From: Candidatus Omnitrophota bacterium
GTDB taxonomy: Bacteria; CAIJMQ01
Direction of reading: 5' to 3'
Length of the DNA stretch: 64,000 nucleotides
Assembly (NCBI GenBank): GCA_018812925.1
Contig: JAHJCU010000005.1
Coordinates: 70,957-134,956 of the forward strand
Each line of letters begins with the position of its first letter. The first letter of the stretch is position 1. Positions 20,607 to 29,483 of the stretch are shown in pieces. The position numbers and the translations under genes are program-made. A model generated the notes under the pieces. That model did no database searches and was not told the DNA's origin. It saw only the letters and a program-made list of their open reading frames with translations.

Positions 20607-20743
20607 AAATTCGAAGCACGAAATTCAAAATACGAAACAATATCGAATGACTAAAACTCAAATGACAAAAACATTAAGTTTGGGAAATTTGGACATTAGG
20701 ATTTTGAATTTGTTTCGTGCTTCGATATTAGGATTTCGGATTT
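20607..20743. repeat. 7-nt-periodic inverted-repeat element (copy 2), between convergent genes
   Basis: Homologous to 15351-15487 with permuted heptamer units. Confidence 0.85.
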
Positions 20744-20751
20744 TATAATAT

Positions 20752-21462
20752 TTATCTATATTTAAATTCTACATACCTTATAAAACGGAATAATCCGTGC
20801 GTATCTTTAATCCCTATTCTATTAAGCGCGTAAAGGTTGTCGTTCTGCTTTACTATGCCTCTTTTTGTAGTTAAAGCGCATTTATAGCCGACTTCTTTTA
20901 GAATCTGTTGCACCCCAGAATTGAAGTGTCCGTATGGATAACATAAAAAATCCGCTTTCTTACCCAGTTGTTTTTCGATTATCTCTCTTGAAATAACGAG
21001 TTCTTTTTTTATCTTTTCTTTATCCAGTTTAGGTAGGGATGGATGTGTATGAGTATGCGGCTGAAAATCTATACCGTAATTCGCCATTTCTTTTATCTTA
21101 TCCCACGAGAGTAGCGGCTCTTTTATAGTTTCCTCACTATTTATCCACCCGGACAAACCACCGATATCTTTTGTTATCAGAAAAATAGTCGCGCTAAATC
21201 TGAACTCTTTTAGAATAGGGAATGCGTAAGTATAATTGTCCTCATATCCGTCATCAAATGTGAGAATAATAGATTTTGAGGGAAGTTTTTTTGTACCGTC
21301 AAGCCAATTGAGCAATTCATATAAGCTGATGGTCTTATAACCGCGCCACTTAAGATACCTCATCTGACGGCGAAAATTATATGGTGTAACATATAGGGCT
21401 GATACTTTTGCCTTAGGATTTGGCTGGCTAATTTTGTGATAGAACAGAATCGGGACTTTCAT
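20752..21462 (-). CDS. Polysaccharide deacetylase family protein
   Basis: PILFYH, LTFDDGY, HTHTH, YPYG. Confidence 0.92.
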   Translation of the reverse strand: MKVPILFYHKISQPNPKAKVSALYVTPYNFRRQMRYLKWRGYKTISLYELLNWLDGTKKLPSKSIILTFDDGYEDNYTYAFPILKEFRFSATIFLITKDIGGLSGWINSEETIKEPLLSWDKIKEMANYGIDFQPHTHTHPSLPKLDKEKIKKELVISREIIEKQLGKKADFLCYPYGHFNSGVQQILKEVGYKCALTTKRGIVKQNDNLYALNRIGIKDTHGLFRFIRYVEFKYR

Positions 21463-22669
21463 TTTTTATTTTTTTATGCGTAATATTGTGAGAACCTGCC
21501 AAATTTTCAAAGAGAGGAAGTCTTCCAAAACGCGCAGGAAGGGGGACATTATCTCTTTTCAAAGGAAGGATTACGGTAATTTCGGTACCTTCATCTAATT
21601 TACTTTTGAATTTTATATCTCCGCCGTGAGCTTTGATTATGCGATATGTTATCATCAGACCCAACCCCGAACCTTCCGTTTTTGTCGTGAAATACGGTTC
21701 GAATATTCTATAAAGATTATTTTCAGCAATACCGATCCCCTCATCTTTGATTACTACTTCAATTATGTCGCCTCTTAAAAAAGTGGATATATAAATATTT
21801 CCGCCTTTAGGCATTGCTTCTAAGGAATTTTTAAAGATGTTCAGTAACGCTTGTTTTATCTGAATACGGTCAAGAAGAAAGGAAGGAATATATGGAGAAA
21901 AGCTTTCTTTTATTTTTATATTATTTTTTTTAAACTCGGGTGAAAAGAAAGTGACAAGCTCTTTTATTATACTTTCTATTGCTACTTCTTCCAATTTGAG
22001 AAGTGAAGGGCGAGATGCTTCAAGAAATTGTTCGACTATTTTATCCAGTCGGTCTATTTCTTCTCTTATAGTTTCCACAAAACCGACAAGTTTTTCCTGG
22101 GAATTAGCAGATAATTTTTTGATTTCCTTCTTTAAAAGTTCAAGATGAATCTGAAGAGAATTTAAAGGGTTGCCGACTTCGTGTGCAACACCAGCTGCAA
22201 GTTGTGATAAAGTCGCAAACCTTTCTCCGCTTGCCCTTTCTTCTTGAGTTTTTCTTTCTTGAGTAATGTCATCTATTATTATAATCCCTCCCAAGGGTTT
22301 CCCTTTTTTCGATAAAAGGGCTAATTTGCTCATTTTAAGCAAACGGTGGCGGGGTTCTGAGACCTCTACTATTTCGTCTTTGAATTCCTTTTTGCTTTCC
22401 AATATCAAATGCGCTAAACGTTTGTCATAGAACGAAAAAGAACCAAACAAGTCGTTTATATCAATAGACATTATCTCGTTAAGACGTTTATTTATATATA
22501 CAGCGTTATTGTCAAAATCTAAAACGAGTATTCCTTCTGTAAGAGAATTGAAAATATTTTCTAAAAGACCTCTTTCCCAAAGAAGTTCGCCTATATACTG
22601 GCGAATTTCCCCTTTGTCTATATTCTCTATCTTGTCTATTAATTTTTCCCAAAATCTTTCCAGAATCAT
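21428..22669 (-). CDS. PAS-domain sensor histidine kinase (NtrB-like)
   Basis: AHEVGNPL, DEGIGI, FEPYFTTK, GSGLGL; C-terminal tail contains a B-like hairpin. Confidence 0.92.
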   Translation of the reverse strand: MILERFWEKLIDKIENIDKGEIRQYIGELLWERGLLENIFNSLTEGILVLDFDNNAVYINKRLNEIMSIDINDLFGSFSFYDKRLAHLILESKKEFKDEIVEVSEPRHRLLKMSKLALLSKKGKPLGGIIIIDDITQERKTQEERASGERFATLSQLAAGVAHEVGNPLNSLQIHLELLKKEIKKLSANSQEKLVGFVETIREEIDRLDKIVEQFLEASRPSLLKLEEVAIESIIKELVTFFSPEFKKNNIKIKESFSPYIPSFLLDRIQIKQALLNIFKNSLEAMPKGGNIYISTFLRGDIIEVVIKDEGIGIAENNLYRIFEPYFTTKTEGSGLGLMITYRIIKAHGGDIKFKSKLDEGTEITVILPLKRDNVPLPARFGRLPLFENLAGSHNITHKKIKNESPDSVLSQN

Positions 22670-22686
22670 ATTTTTTAAAAACTCAC

Positions 22687-22797
22687 GAAATACATAGAAA
22701 TATGTTGAAATACAGTGGAAATAATATTGTCATTTTAAAAATCTAAATTTTTAACAACGTATCTCTATGTATTTCTATTCTATTTCCATGTATATTC
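22687..22797. repeat. 10-nt-periodic inverted repeat (GAAATACATA / TATGTATTTC)
   Basis: Related arrays at about 27575-27662 and 63826-63877. Confidence 0.75.
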
Positions 22798-22801
22798 ACA
22801 T

Positions 22802-23596
22802 TCATTCAAGTAATTCTTCTCTGTTATCCAACAAAACTGTTATGGGACCTACTGCAGTGTTGGCTTTCATCAAAATGGGTAATTTTCTCTCATCATCGGT
22901 CAACCATATTTTAATGTCACTTATTTTGGTCGAGGAAATACCCAATGTAACATCTTGTGTCGCAACATCAATCACAATAGTATCGAAAGTCTTGCCGTAA
23001 ATTTTCAAAGGTTCTTTTGAAACTGCCTGCACTTTTATGGGATAGATTTTCTTTTGAACTAACACAGGCACAATAACGCTCTCACTCACTTCCCATTTTT
23101 TCAAACGAATTAAGAATAAAGCCGAGAGAGGATTTTGTAAGCCGGGTTCTTTTGCTAAAAGTTCCACAAAATCCGTTTTCTCTTCGTATTTATAATTTTT
23201 CTCCTGCTGTTTTACTTCCCACCATATCGGCAAGATTTCTTTCGAGTCTAGAATTGCAAGCGTGGAATATTCATTCCTAATTCTAAAAAATATATCCGCT
23301 AAACCTACAGTTTTTAATTGGGACTGAAAAAAATAAGATTTTTGTTCCAAATCCGGTAAAGGAATTTTTTCGAAATCTATTGTTGATTTGCCGCCTATTA
23401 TGCCATTCCATCTAAGGGAAAATTCCAATTTTTCAGTGTCTTTTGAAAAAATCTCTTCCCCGCCTGATGCGAAGCTGGCAGGGGATTTTAGTTCAAAGTT
23501 CCCATAAAGAAAAAAGAGCATGCAGACAATAAGGGCAAAAAATATTTTCTTTTTTTTCATATGTTTATATCTCCTTTCTTGTTGTAGTTTTCCCAT
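22802..23596 (-). CDS. DUF3108-like exported protein (start may be 23560)
   Basis: N-terminal TM, EKLEFSLRW, IWLTDDERKLPI; B module in frame at 23459-23482. Confidence 0.65.
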   Translation of the reverse strand: MGKLQQERRYKHMKKKKIFFALIVCMLFFLYGNFELKSPASFASGGEEIFSKDTEKLEFSLRWNGIIGGKSTIDFEKIPLPDLEQKSYFFQSQLKTVGLADIFFRIRNEYSTLAILDSKEILPIWWEVKQQEKNYKYEEKTDFVELLAKEPGLQNPLSALFLIRLKKWEVSESVIVPVLVQKKIYPIKVQAVSKEPLKIYGKTFDTIVIDVATQDVTLGISSTKISDIKIWLTDDERKLPILMKANTAVGPITVLLDNREELLE

Positions 23597-23655
23597 CTGT
23601 CGCTTGCTTTTCCTTTTTAAAGTAATTTAAGAGAAGGTTGATATCAAGCAACGGG

Positions 23656-25260
23656 TTATTTCTCATATTTAACTTTTTCTTTTTGTAAGATAATATGTTT
23701 TTGCCAAATTTTATCATTTCTTTTTGGGTAGTCCAACCTATAATGACCGCCGCGGGATTCCTTCCTTATAAGAGCGGATTTTACTATCAAAGAAGATACT
23801 GTAAGCATGTTTTGAAGTTCCCACCCTTTTGGGGAAGAAAATTCTTTTGCAAGAACATAATCCATCCAAAATTTTATTTTATCTTTTACTTCCTTTAGCT
23901 TGTCTTCTTTTCTTTCAATTCCTACATCTCTGGTCATATAACTCCTTAAAGAATTTTTAATATCTTCCAGGTCAAGATTGAATGGCAACTGAGAAGGATG
24001 GTTCTTGATATAGATTGATTCTTTAATTTTTCTTTTCTTCCCAAGAGTTTGTCCTGCTTCTTTGCCCGTCCTATAACCAAAAACTAATCCTTCTAATAAT
24101 GAATTTGAAGCCAGGCGATTTGCTCCGTGAACGCCGGAAGAAGCAACTTCTCCGCATGCAAAGAGATTGTTTATAGATGTCCTGCCTTTTAAATCTACTT
24201 TTACGCCTCCAATGGTATAGTGAGCAGAGGGGCGAACAGGAACAAGATTTTTACCTACGTTTAATCCTACTTTTTCGCATATGTTTACCAAGTTGGGAAA
24301 TCTTTTTCTCACCTTGTGATAAGGGATACTTTTGACATCAAGATATACATTTGGTGAATCCGTTAATTTCATTTCCTTTATAATTGCTCTGGATACAATA
24401 TCTCGGGGAGCCAAATCGCCGGAAGGATGATATTTAAGCATAAATTTTTTCCCGTATTTATTTCTTAAAACGCCGCCTTCGCCTCTAACAGATTCGGAAA
24501 TCAACAATCTTGAAGTCCCTGCAACATATAAAGCAGTAGGATGGAATTGGATAAATTCCATGTCTTGCAATTGTCCTCCTGCTCTATAAACCATAGCAAT
24601 ACCATCGCCTGTAGCAACGGCATGATTTGTAGTTTCCCTGTAAACTTGACATACGCCGCCTGTGGTAAGGATTACTTTATCTGCCAAAACAGAAAATAAC
24701 CCTTCTTTAGCGGTAAACATGTACGCCCCCAAACAATGATTATCTTTGACAATCAAATCAATGCAAAAAGTATTTTCCAAAACTTTAATATTTTTTAAAT
24801 TATGGACACAGGAAATAAGAGTCTTTTCTATTTCTCTTCCTGTTGCATCGCCCTGAGCATGAATTATTCTTTTTAAACTATGACCGCCTTCTTGAGTAAA
24901 AAGAATTTTTCCGTTTTTATTATCAAAATTGGCGCCGCCGTCTATTAATTCTTTTACTCTTTTGGGACCTTCTTTTACCAAAACTTCCACAGCTTTTCTT
25001 TTACATAATCCGTTACCAACGTTTAATGTGTCTTCTATATGTTTTGCGTATGTATCGCTCTCTGAAAGCACAACGGCAACTCCTCCCTGAGCTTCACTAG
25101 TATTGCAGTCGGGAAGTTTCTTCTTGGTTGCTATAACTACTTTTCCGTATTTGGATGCAACAAGTGCCGACTCAAGGCCGGCAACGCCGCTACCTATTAT
25201 GAGAATATCGGTAGTGATATGATATGTTTTTAATTTTTCGGGATTCATTAGAGATTCCAA
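23656..25260 (-). CDS. nadB: L-aspartate oxidase
   Basis: IIGSGVAGL, EGGHS, QFHPT, LISESVRGEG, GVHGANRLASNSLLEG, ESRGGH. Confidence 0.95.
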   Translation of the reverse strand: MESLMNPEKLKTYHITTDILIIGSGVAGLESALVASKYGKVVIATKKKLPDCNTSEAQGGVAVVLSESDTYAKHIEDTLNVGNGLCKRKAVEVLVKEGPKRVKELIDGGANFDNKNGKILFTQEGGHSLKRIIHAQGDATGREIEKTLISCVHNLKNIKVLENTFCIDLIVKDNHCLGAYMFTAKEGLFSVLADKVILTTGGVCQVYRETTNHAVATGDGIAMVYRAGGQLQDMEFIQFHPTALYVAGTSRLLISESVRGEGGVLRNKYGKKFMLKYHPSGDLAPRDIVSRAIIKEMKLTDSPNVYLDVKSIPYHKVRKRFPNLVNICEKVGLNVGKNLVPVRPSAHYTIGGVKVDLKGRTSINNLFACGEVASSGVHGANRLASNSLLEGLVFGYRTGKEAGQTLGKKRKIKESIYIKNHPSQLPFNLDLEDIKNSLRSYMTRDVGIERKEDKLKEVKDKIKFWMDYVLAKEFSSPKGWELQNMLTVSSLIVKSALIRKESRGGHYRLDYPKRNDKIWQKHIILQKEKVKYEK

Positions 25261-25345
25261 TTTAACCTCATTTCATTCGGTTAGACTTAAGAAGACAGAA
25301 ATCAGATGTCAGACTTTTGTTTTCTGCCCTCCACATACTTTATAA

Positions 25346-26980
25346 CTAGATAATGGCTTTTTTAATACAAGAAGGGAGCTTTGGGAAACCTTTTAGATAT
25401 TTTTGCCTTTCTAAACGCAGCGCTGAGACAGCTTTTTTAATATCATCTGCGCCGTAGAAATTTTCAAGTTCATATTTATCTAAATTGACATTTTCTATCA
25501 CCTTGGGCACAAGAATTTGCCAATATCGGCTTTTCACCCATTTAATATCTCCTTTAAAGATAGCTTTTCCTACACGGGAAAGATCCTGGTTTTCTATTTT
25601 TTTGGGCCTTGATTTTCTCTTCTTTTTGACTTCTTTACTAAACGATTCTCCAACGCTACCTGTATTGATTAAATAAGTTTCAACCTTTTGTTTGTTATTT
25701 TCTGCAAAACTTAAAAATCCTTCCGCTTCTTCTTCGGCGTTTCCTATCAAATAGGGATTGCTTGCCGGGTTTCTAATAATCTTGCCGTCGTAAACGGATT
25801 CACCCAACATAAAAAGAGCGGATGCTTGTTCGAGTTCGAGTTTGCAAATCGGCGGAACAACTGTATTGAATTTTGTCATAATAAATATTTTCAACCCGTC
25901 CAGTTTTTCTATTGAAGACAAATTAAAATTTTCTTCGCTCAAAGATTTTTTTTCGGATAAAGAAGCAGGATTTGACCGCCCTACATCTTGTATTTGAATT
26001 AATGCTTGACCATTATCCGTAACAGTGCTGTCCTGAAAATCTAATCTGCCTTGATGGTCAATAATGACATTTTCAAAATTTGTTTTTCTGTTAAGCGCAG
26101 CTCTGTAAAGAAGAGGATTTAAATGAGATTCCAATCCTTGAGCTTTTACCAAAAAAGTTTTTTCAGCGCCAAGAACCTGATTGTGTTTTCTTATAAATAA
26201 GATTCCATCTTGCAATGGTCTTGCATCTTCGCCTTTGGCGTTTAAAGAAAAATTGTCGTTCAAATAAGCTGTTTTACCGGTTTGAGACGGACCAACAAAA
26301 ATCACCGCATAATTTTTGAACTTTTTTTCTTTGCTATAGTAATGCGTAACGAGTTTACTTGCGCCATAAAGAACCTGAAGCCCGTTTGCTTTGGCAAACC
26401 ATGTAGCCATCCGCAAAAAGCTAGTTCTTATCTCGTCAAAATAATCACTCCCAAGCACATATGTTACGCCCATTTCCGGAAAAACGATTGTTTGTCTCTG
26501 AGGCCATTCTGGAATGCAGATAAGGTGAAGTTTTAACGCCCGTTTTTTTTGCGGATTGAATAAAGACTGGCTCCACAAAAAAGGCAATTTTACGCTTTCT
26601 TTTTTGTGAAGCGATGTGAATAATGTACAGTGCAAATTAAAATCTTCGTTATTGCATATTTTCTTTTCGACACATGTAAAAGGCACTTTCTTTGCGTAAT
26701 GGTGAATTTTTGCCAGAGTTGAGGGAAGTTCTCGAAGAATACGGATCTGGGAAGGATTTAGATTTTTCTGCGCAACATCCTTACCTCCGACATAAACGGT
26801 TAACGGTAAAGAGGAGCATTGCGTATTTGAGGTGAAAGCCAAACTGCCATGTTGAGTTCTAATCCCATAGTTGGCTGCAAACTCTTCCAACTCATAGTCA
26901 TCTACATGCCTTAAGTTGGGCTGATAATAAAAATCTTTTATTTCATTTGCTACGATATGTAGAATCTTTTCTACTTCCAT
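25346..26980 (-). CDS. PEP carboxykinase (ATP)-like protein, apparently catalytically degenerate
   Basis: LGSDY, GPSQTGKT P-loop, FENV, FMLGES, YLINTGSVG; metal-ligand positions substituted. Confidence 0.7.
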   Translation of the reverse strand: MEVEKILHIVANEIKDFYYQPNLRHVDDYELEEFAANYGIRTQHGSLAFTSNTQCSSLPLTVYVGGKDVAQKNLNPSQIRILRELPSTLAKIHHYAKKVPFTCVEKKICNNEDFNLHCTLFTSLHKKESVKLPFLWSQSLFNPQKKRALKLHLICIPEWPQRQTIVFPEMGVTYVLGSDYFDEIRTSFLRMATWFAKANGLQVLYGASKLVTHYYSKEKKFKNYAVIFVGPSQTGKTAYLNDNFSLNAKGEDARPLQDGILFIRKHNQVLGAEKTFLVKAQGLESHLNPLLYRAALNRKTNFENVIIDHQGRLDFQDSTVTDNGQALIQIQDVGRSNPASLSEKKSLSEENFNLSSIEKLDGLKIFIMTKFNTVVPPICKLELEQASALFMLGESVYDGKIIRNPASNPYLIGNAEEEAEGFLSFAENNKQKVETYLINTGSVGESFSKEVKKKRKSRPKKIENQDLSRVGKAIFKGDIKWVKSRYWQILVPKVIENVNLDKYELENFYGADDIKKAVSALRLERQKYLKGFPKLPSCIKKAII

Positions 26981-27019
26981 CGAATTGGACTATAGTGTAT
27001 CATTCTTAAGCGTCGATTG

Positions 27020-27151
27020 TCAACCCCGTTAGAGATAAGAAATGCCTTTAGGCGTTTCTATATCTACGAGATTTCCTGCCTTAATTATATTACTTTTATA
27101 GCTCTACATTAACTAAGTTTTTGACAGATTAACATCTCTAACGGGGGTTGA
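27020..27151. repeat. Family C palindrome (CCCCGTTAGAGAT..ATCTCTAACGGGG) in divergent intergenic region
   Basis: About 17-bp terminal IR plus internal AGAAATGCCT/AGGCGTTTCT hairpin; same termini as the lipB insertion. Confidence 0.85.
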
Positions 27152-27234
27152 ATTATTCGTTATTTTAGGTTAAAATTCTATCCAAATAAACAAAATAAGC
27201 GCAAAAATTTCCTAAAACAAGAGGTGGGAAGATC

Positions 27235-27576
27235 ATTAATTTCAAGAAAATTGCTCTTATAGGAGCTTTAGCGGCAGAGGAAAAAAAAGCAGAAGATATA
27301 GTTATCCTAAACTTGCAACCCCTTACTGTTCTAACCGATTATTTCGTAATTCTTTCCTGCGAAAGTCAGGTCCAAATTAAAACTGTTGCCGGTGCAATAA
27401 CCGACAAGCTGTCCCAAAAAGGTATCAAAGCAAACCATATTGAAGGTACGCCTGAAAGCAAATGGATACTTTTGGATTACAACGGAGTAATTATACACAT
27501 CTTTCATAGAGAATTAAGGAATTACTATCAGTTGGAAAAAGTGTGGGGTGATGCAAAGAACATAAACTATAAATGA
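27235..27576 (+). CDS. rsfS: Ribosome silencing factor, probable ATT/ATC start
   Basis: AAEEKKAEDIVIL..TDYFVI..WILLDYNGVIIHIF..RNYYQLEKVW; RBS GAGGTG at 27221-27226. Confidence 0.88.
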   Translation: MNFKKIALIGALAAEEKKAEDIVILNLQPLTVLTDYFVILSCESQVQIKTVAGAITDKLSQKGIKANHIEGTPESKWILLDYNGVIIHIFHRELRNYYQLEKVWGDAKNINYK

Positions 27577-27662
27577 AATACATAGAAATATGCCCGCTTG
27601 CTTGCGAAGCGGGCAGGATAGATATACATAGAAATACATGGCATACAGACAATTTATTTCTA
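27575..27662. repeat. 10-nt-periodic array with family B module inserted at 27593-27617
   Basis: GAAATACATAGAAATATG[CCCGCTTGC..GCGGGCAGG]ATAGATATACATAGAAATAC. Confidence 0.8.
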
Positions 27663-27682
27663 TTTATGTTTGATATTTAATT

Positions 27683-29332
27683 ATGAATCCTCGAGAAGAA
27701 ATAATAAAACAGTTAAAGAAAATCACAAATCTAAAAGAAATCAATTTAGAAATTCCTCCCGAAGGTTTGGGGGATTACGCTTTTCCTTGTTTTGTTTTGG
27801 CTAAAACCTTTAAAAAAAGCCCTATTCAGATCGCTCAAGATTTAGCAGGTAAAATCAAACCTACCAAACTTATCGAAAAAGCGGAAGCCAAGGGTCCATA
27901 TCTGAACTTTTTCGTCAATAAAACAATTATCGCAGAAGATATCCTGAGGAAAATCATAAAAGAGAAAAATAAATTCGGTTCAAGAAAGCATAAGAAAGAG
28001 AAGATACTCGTTGAGCATACAAGCATAAATCCAAATGCTTCACCTCATATAGGAAGAGCGCGAAACGCTTTGCTTGGTGATTTTATCGTGCGTCTTTTAA
28101 GATTTCAAGGGTATGATATCGAAACACATTATTTTGTAAACGATATCGGTAAACAAATAGCAATGCTTGTTTTGGGCGCGGAAGACAAACAAAAAATAAC
28201 GTTTAATGATTTATTAAATCTCTATATCAAAATAAACGAAAAAATTGAAAAAACTCCGGAATTGGAACAAAAGGTCTTTGAATTATTAAAGAAACTTGAA
28301 GAAGGTGATGAGAAAACAAAGAAACGATTTAGAGATATTGTAGATATTTGTGTTAAAGGCCAGGTAAAGATTTTTCGGGAACTGGATATCAAGTATGATA
28401 AATTTGATTACGAGTCAGACTATCTTTGGACAAAAAAAACAGTTCAAGTTTTAAAAGAATTAGAAAAAACGGGAAAACTGTTTATGGACGAGGAAGAAAG
28501 ATATGTGCTTGACCAGAAAGATTCCAACCTTCCTATGGAAAGTCCTTTCTTAGTCCTAACCAGAGCGGATAAAACAAGCTTATATCCATTAAGAGACCTT
28601 GCGTACCATATTGATAAGAAAAAATCCAAAAGCATTATTGTTCTTGGAGAAGACCAGAAGCTTTATTTCCAACAGCTAAAGGCGGCTTTAACATTGCTGG
28701 GGAAACCTTCTCCTCAACCTGTTTTTTATTCTTTTGTCCTCTTGGAAACCGGGAAAATGTCAACAAGAAAAGGCAACCTTGTTTTGTTGGAAGATTTTAT
28801 GAAAGAGGCATTGCAAAAAGCAAGGGAAGAAATAAAGCAGCGACATAACAACATTGACGATAAAGACGCAAAAAAAATCGCTTACGGAGCAATAAAGTAT
28901 TCAATCTTAAAAGTTACTCCGGAGAGAAATGTAACTTTCAGCTGGAAAGCGTTACAGTTTGAAGGAGATACGGGCCCATATATTCAATATGCCTGCGCGA
29001 GAATAAATTCAATCTTGAGAAAATACGAGAAAGAAATAGACGAAAAAATTGATTTTTCTTTATTAAAAACAGATGAAGAAAACAATTTAATAAAACTGTT
29101 ATCTAATTTTAGTGAGATAATAAAAGAATCGCAGAGAACGCTCAAACCAACAATAATCATAAATTATATCTACAATTTGGCACAGGGCTTTTCCAATTTT
29201 TATATAAAGTGTCCGATATTAAAGGCTGATGAAGGGCTCCAAAAAGCCCGTATGCTATTGGCAAGTTGTGTTAAACAGGTTTTGGAGAATGGATTAAGCA
29301 TTTTGGGTATAGAAACGCTTGAGAAGATGTGA
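27683..29332 (+). CDS. argS: Arginine--tRNA ligase (archaeal-like)
   Basis: GDYAFPCF, GPYLNF, EHTSINPNASPHIGRARN, KMSTRKG, FEGDTGPYIQYACAR. Confidence 0.95.
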   Translation: MNPREEIIKQLKKITNLKEINLEIPPEGLGDYAFPCFVLAKTFKKSPIQIAQDLAGKIKPTKLIEKAEAKGPYLNFFVNKTIIAEDILRKIIKEKNKFGSRKHKKEKILVEHTSINPNASPHIGRARNALLGDFIVRLLRFQGYDIETHYFVNDIGKQIAMLVLGAEDKQKITFNDLLNLYIKINEKIEKTPELEQKVFELLKKLEEGDEKTKKRFRDIVDICVKGQVKIFRELDIKYDKFDYESDYLWTKKTVQVLKELEKTGKLFMDEEERYVLDQKDSNLPMESPFLVLTRADKTSLYPLRDLAYHIDKKKSKSIIVLGEDQKLYFQQLKAALTLLGKPSPQPVFYSFVLLETGKMSTRKGNLVLLEDFMKEALQKAREEIKQRHNNIDDKDAKKIAYGAIKYSILKVTPERNVTFSWKALQFEGDTGPYIQYACARINSILRKYEKEIDEKIDFSLLKTDEENNLIKLLSNFSEIIKESQRTLKPTIIINYIYNLAQGFSNFYIKCPILKADEGLQKARMLLASCVKQVLENGLSILGIETLEKM

Positions 29333-29333
29333 A

Positions 29334-29431
29334 GCTCCACGACTCCAATCCATGCTTTATGCTATAAGATTTCGTGGAGCGGAACCCCGCATCGTTTCGA
29401 ACCATTATTGGTTCGGAACTGGTGTGCGGGT
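29334..29431. repeat. Tandem hairpins downstream of argS
   Basis: GCTCCACGA/TCGTGGAGC and CCCGCA/TGCGGG with internal CGAACCA/TGGTTCG. Confidence 0.6.
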
Positions 29432-29483
29432 AGATTCAAATAATAATTGTATCTATAAGTCTTCTTGGTTTTAAGATGGAAAT

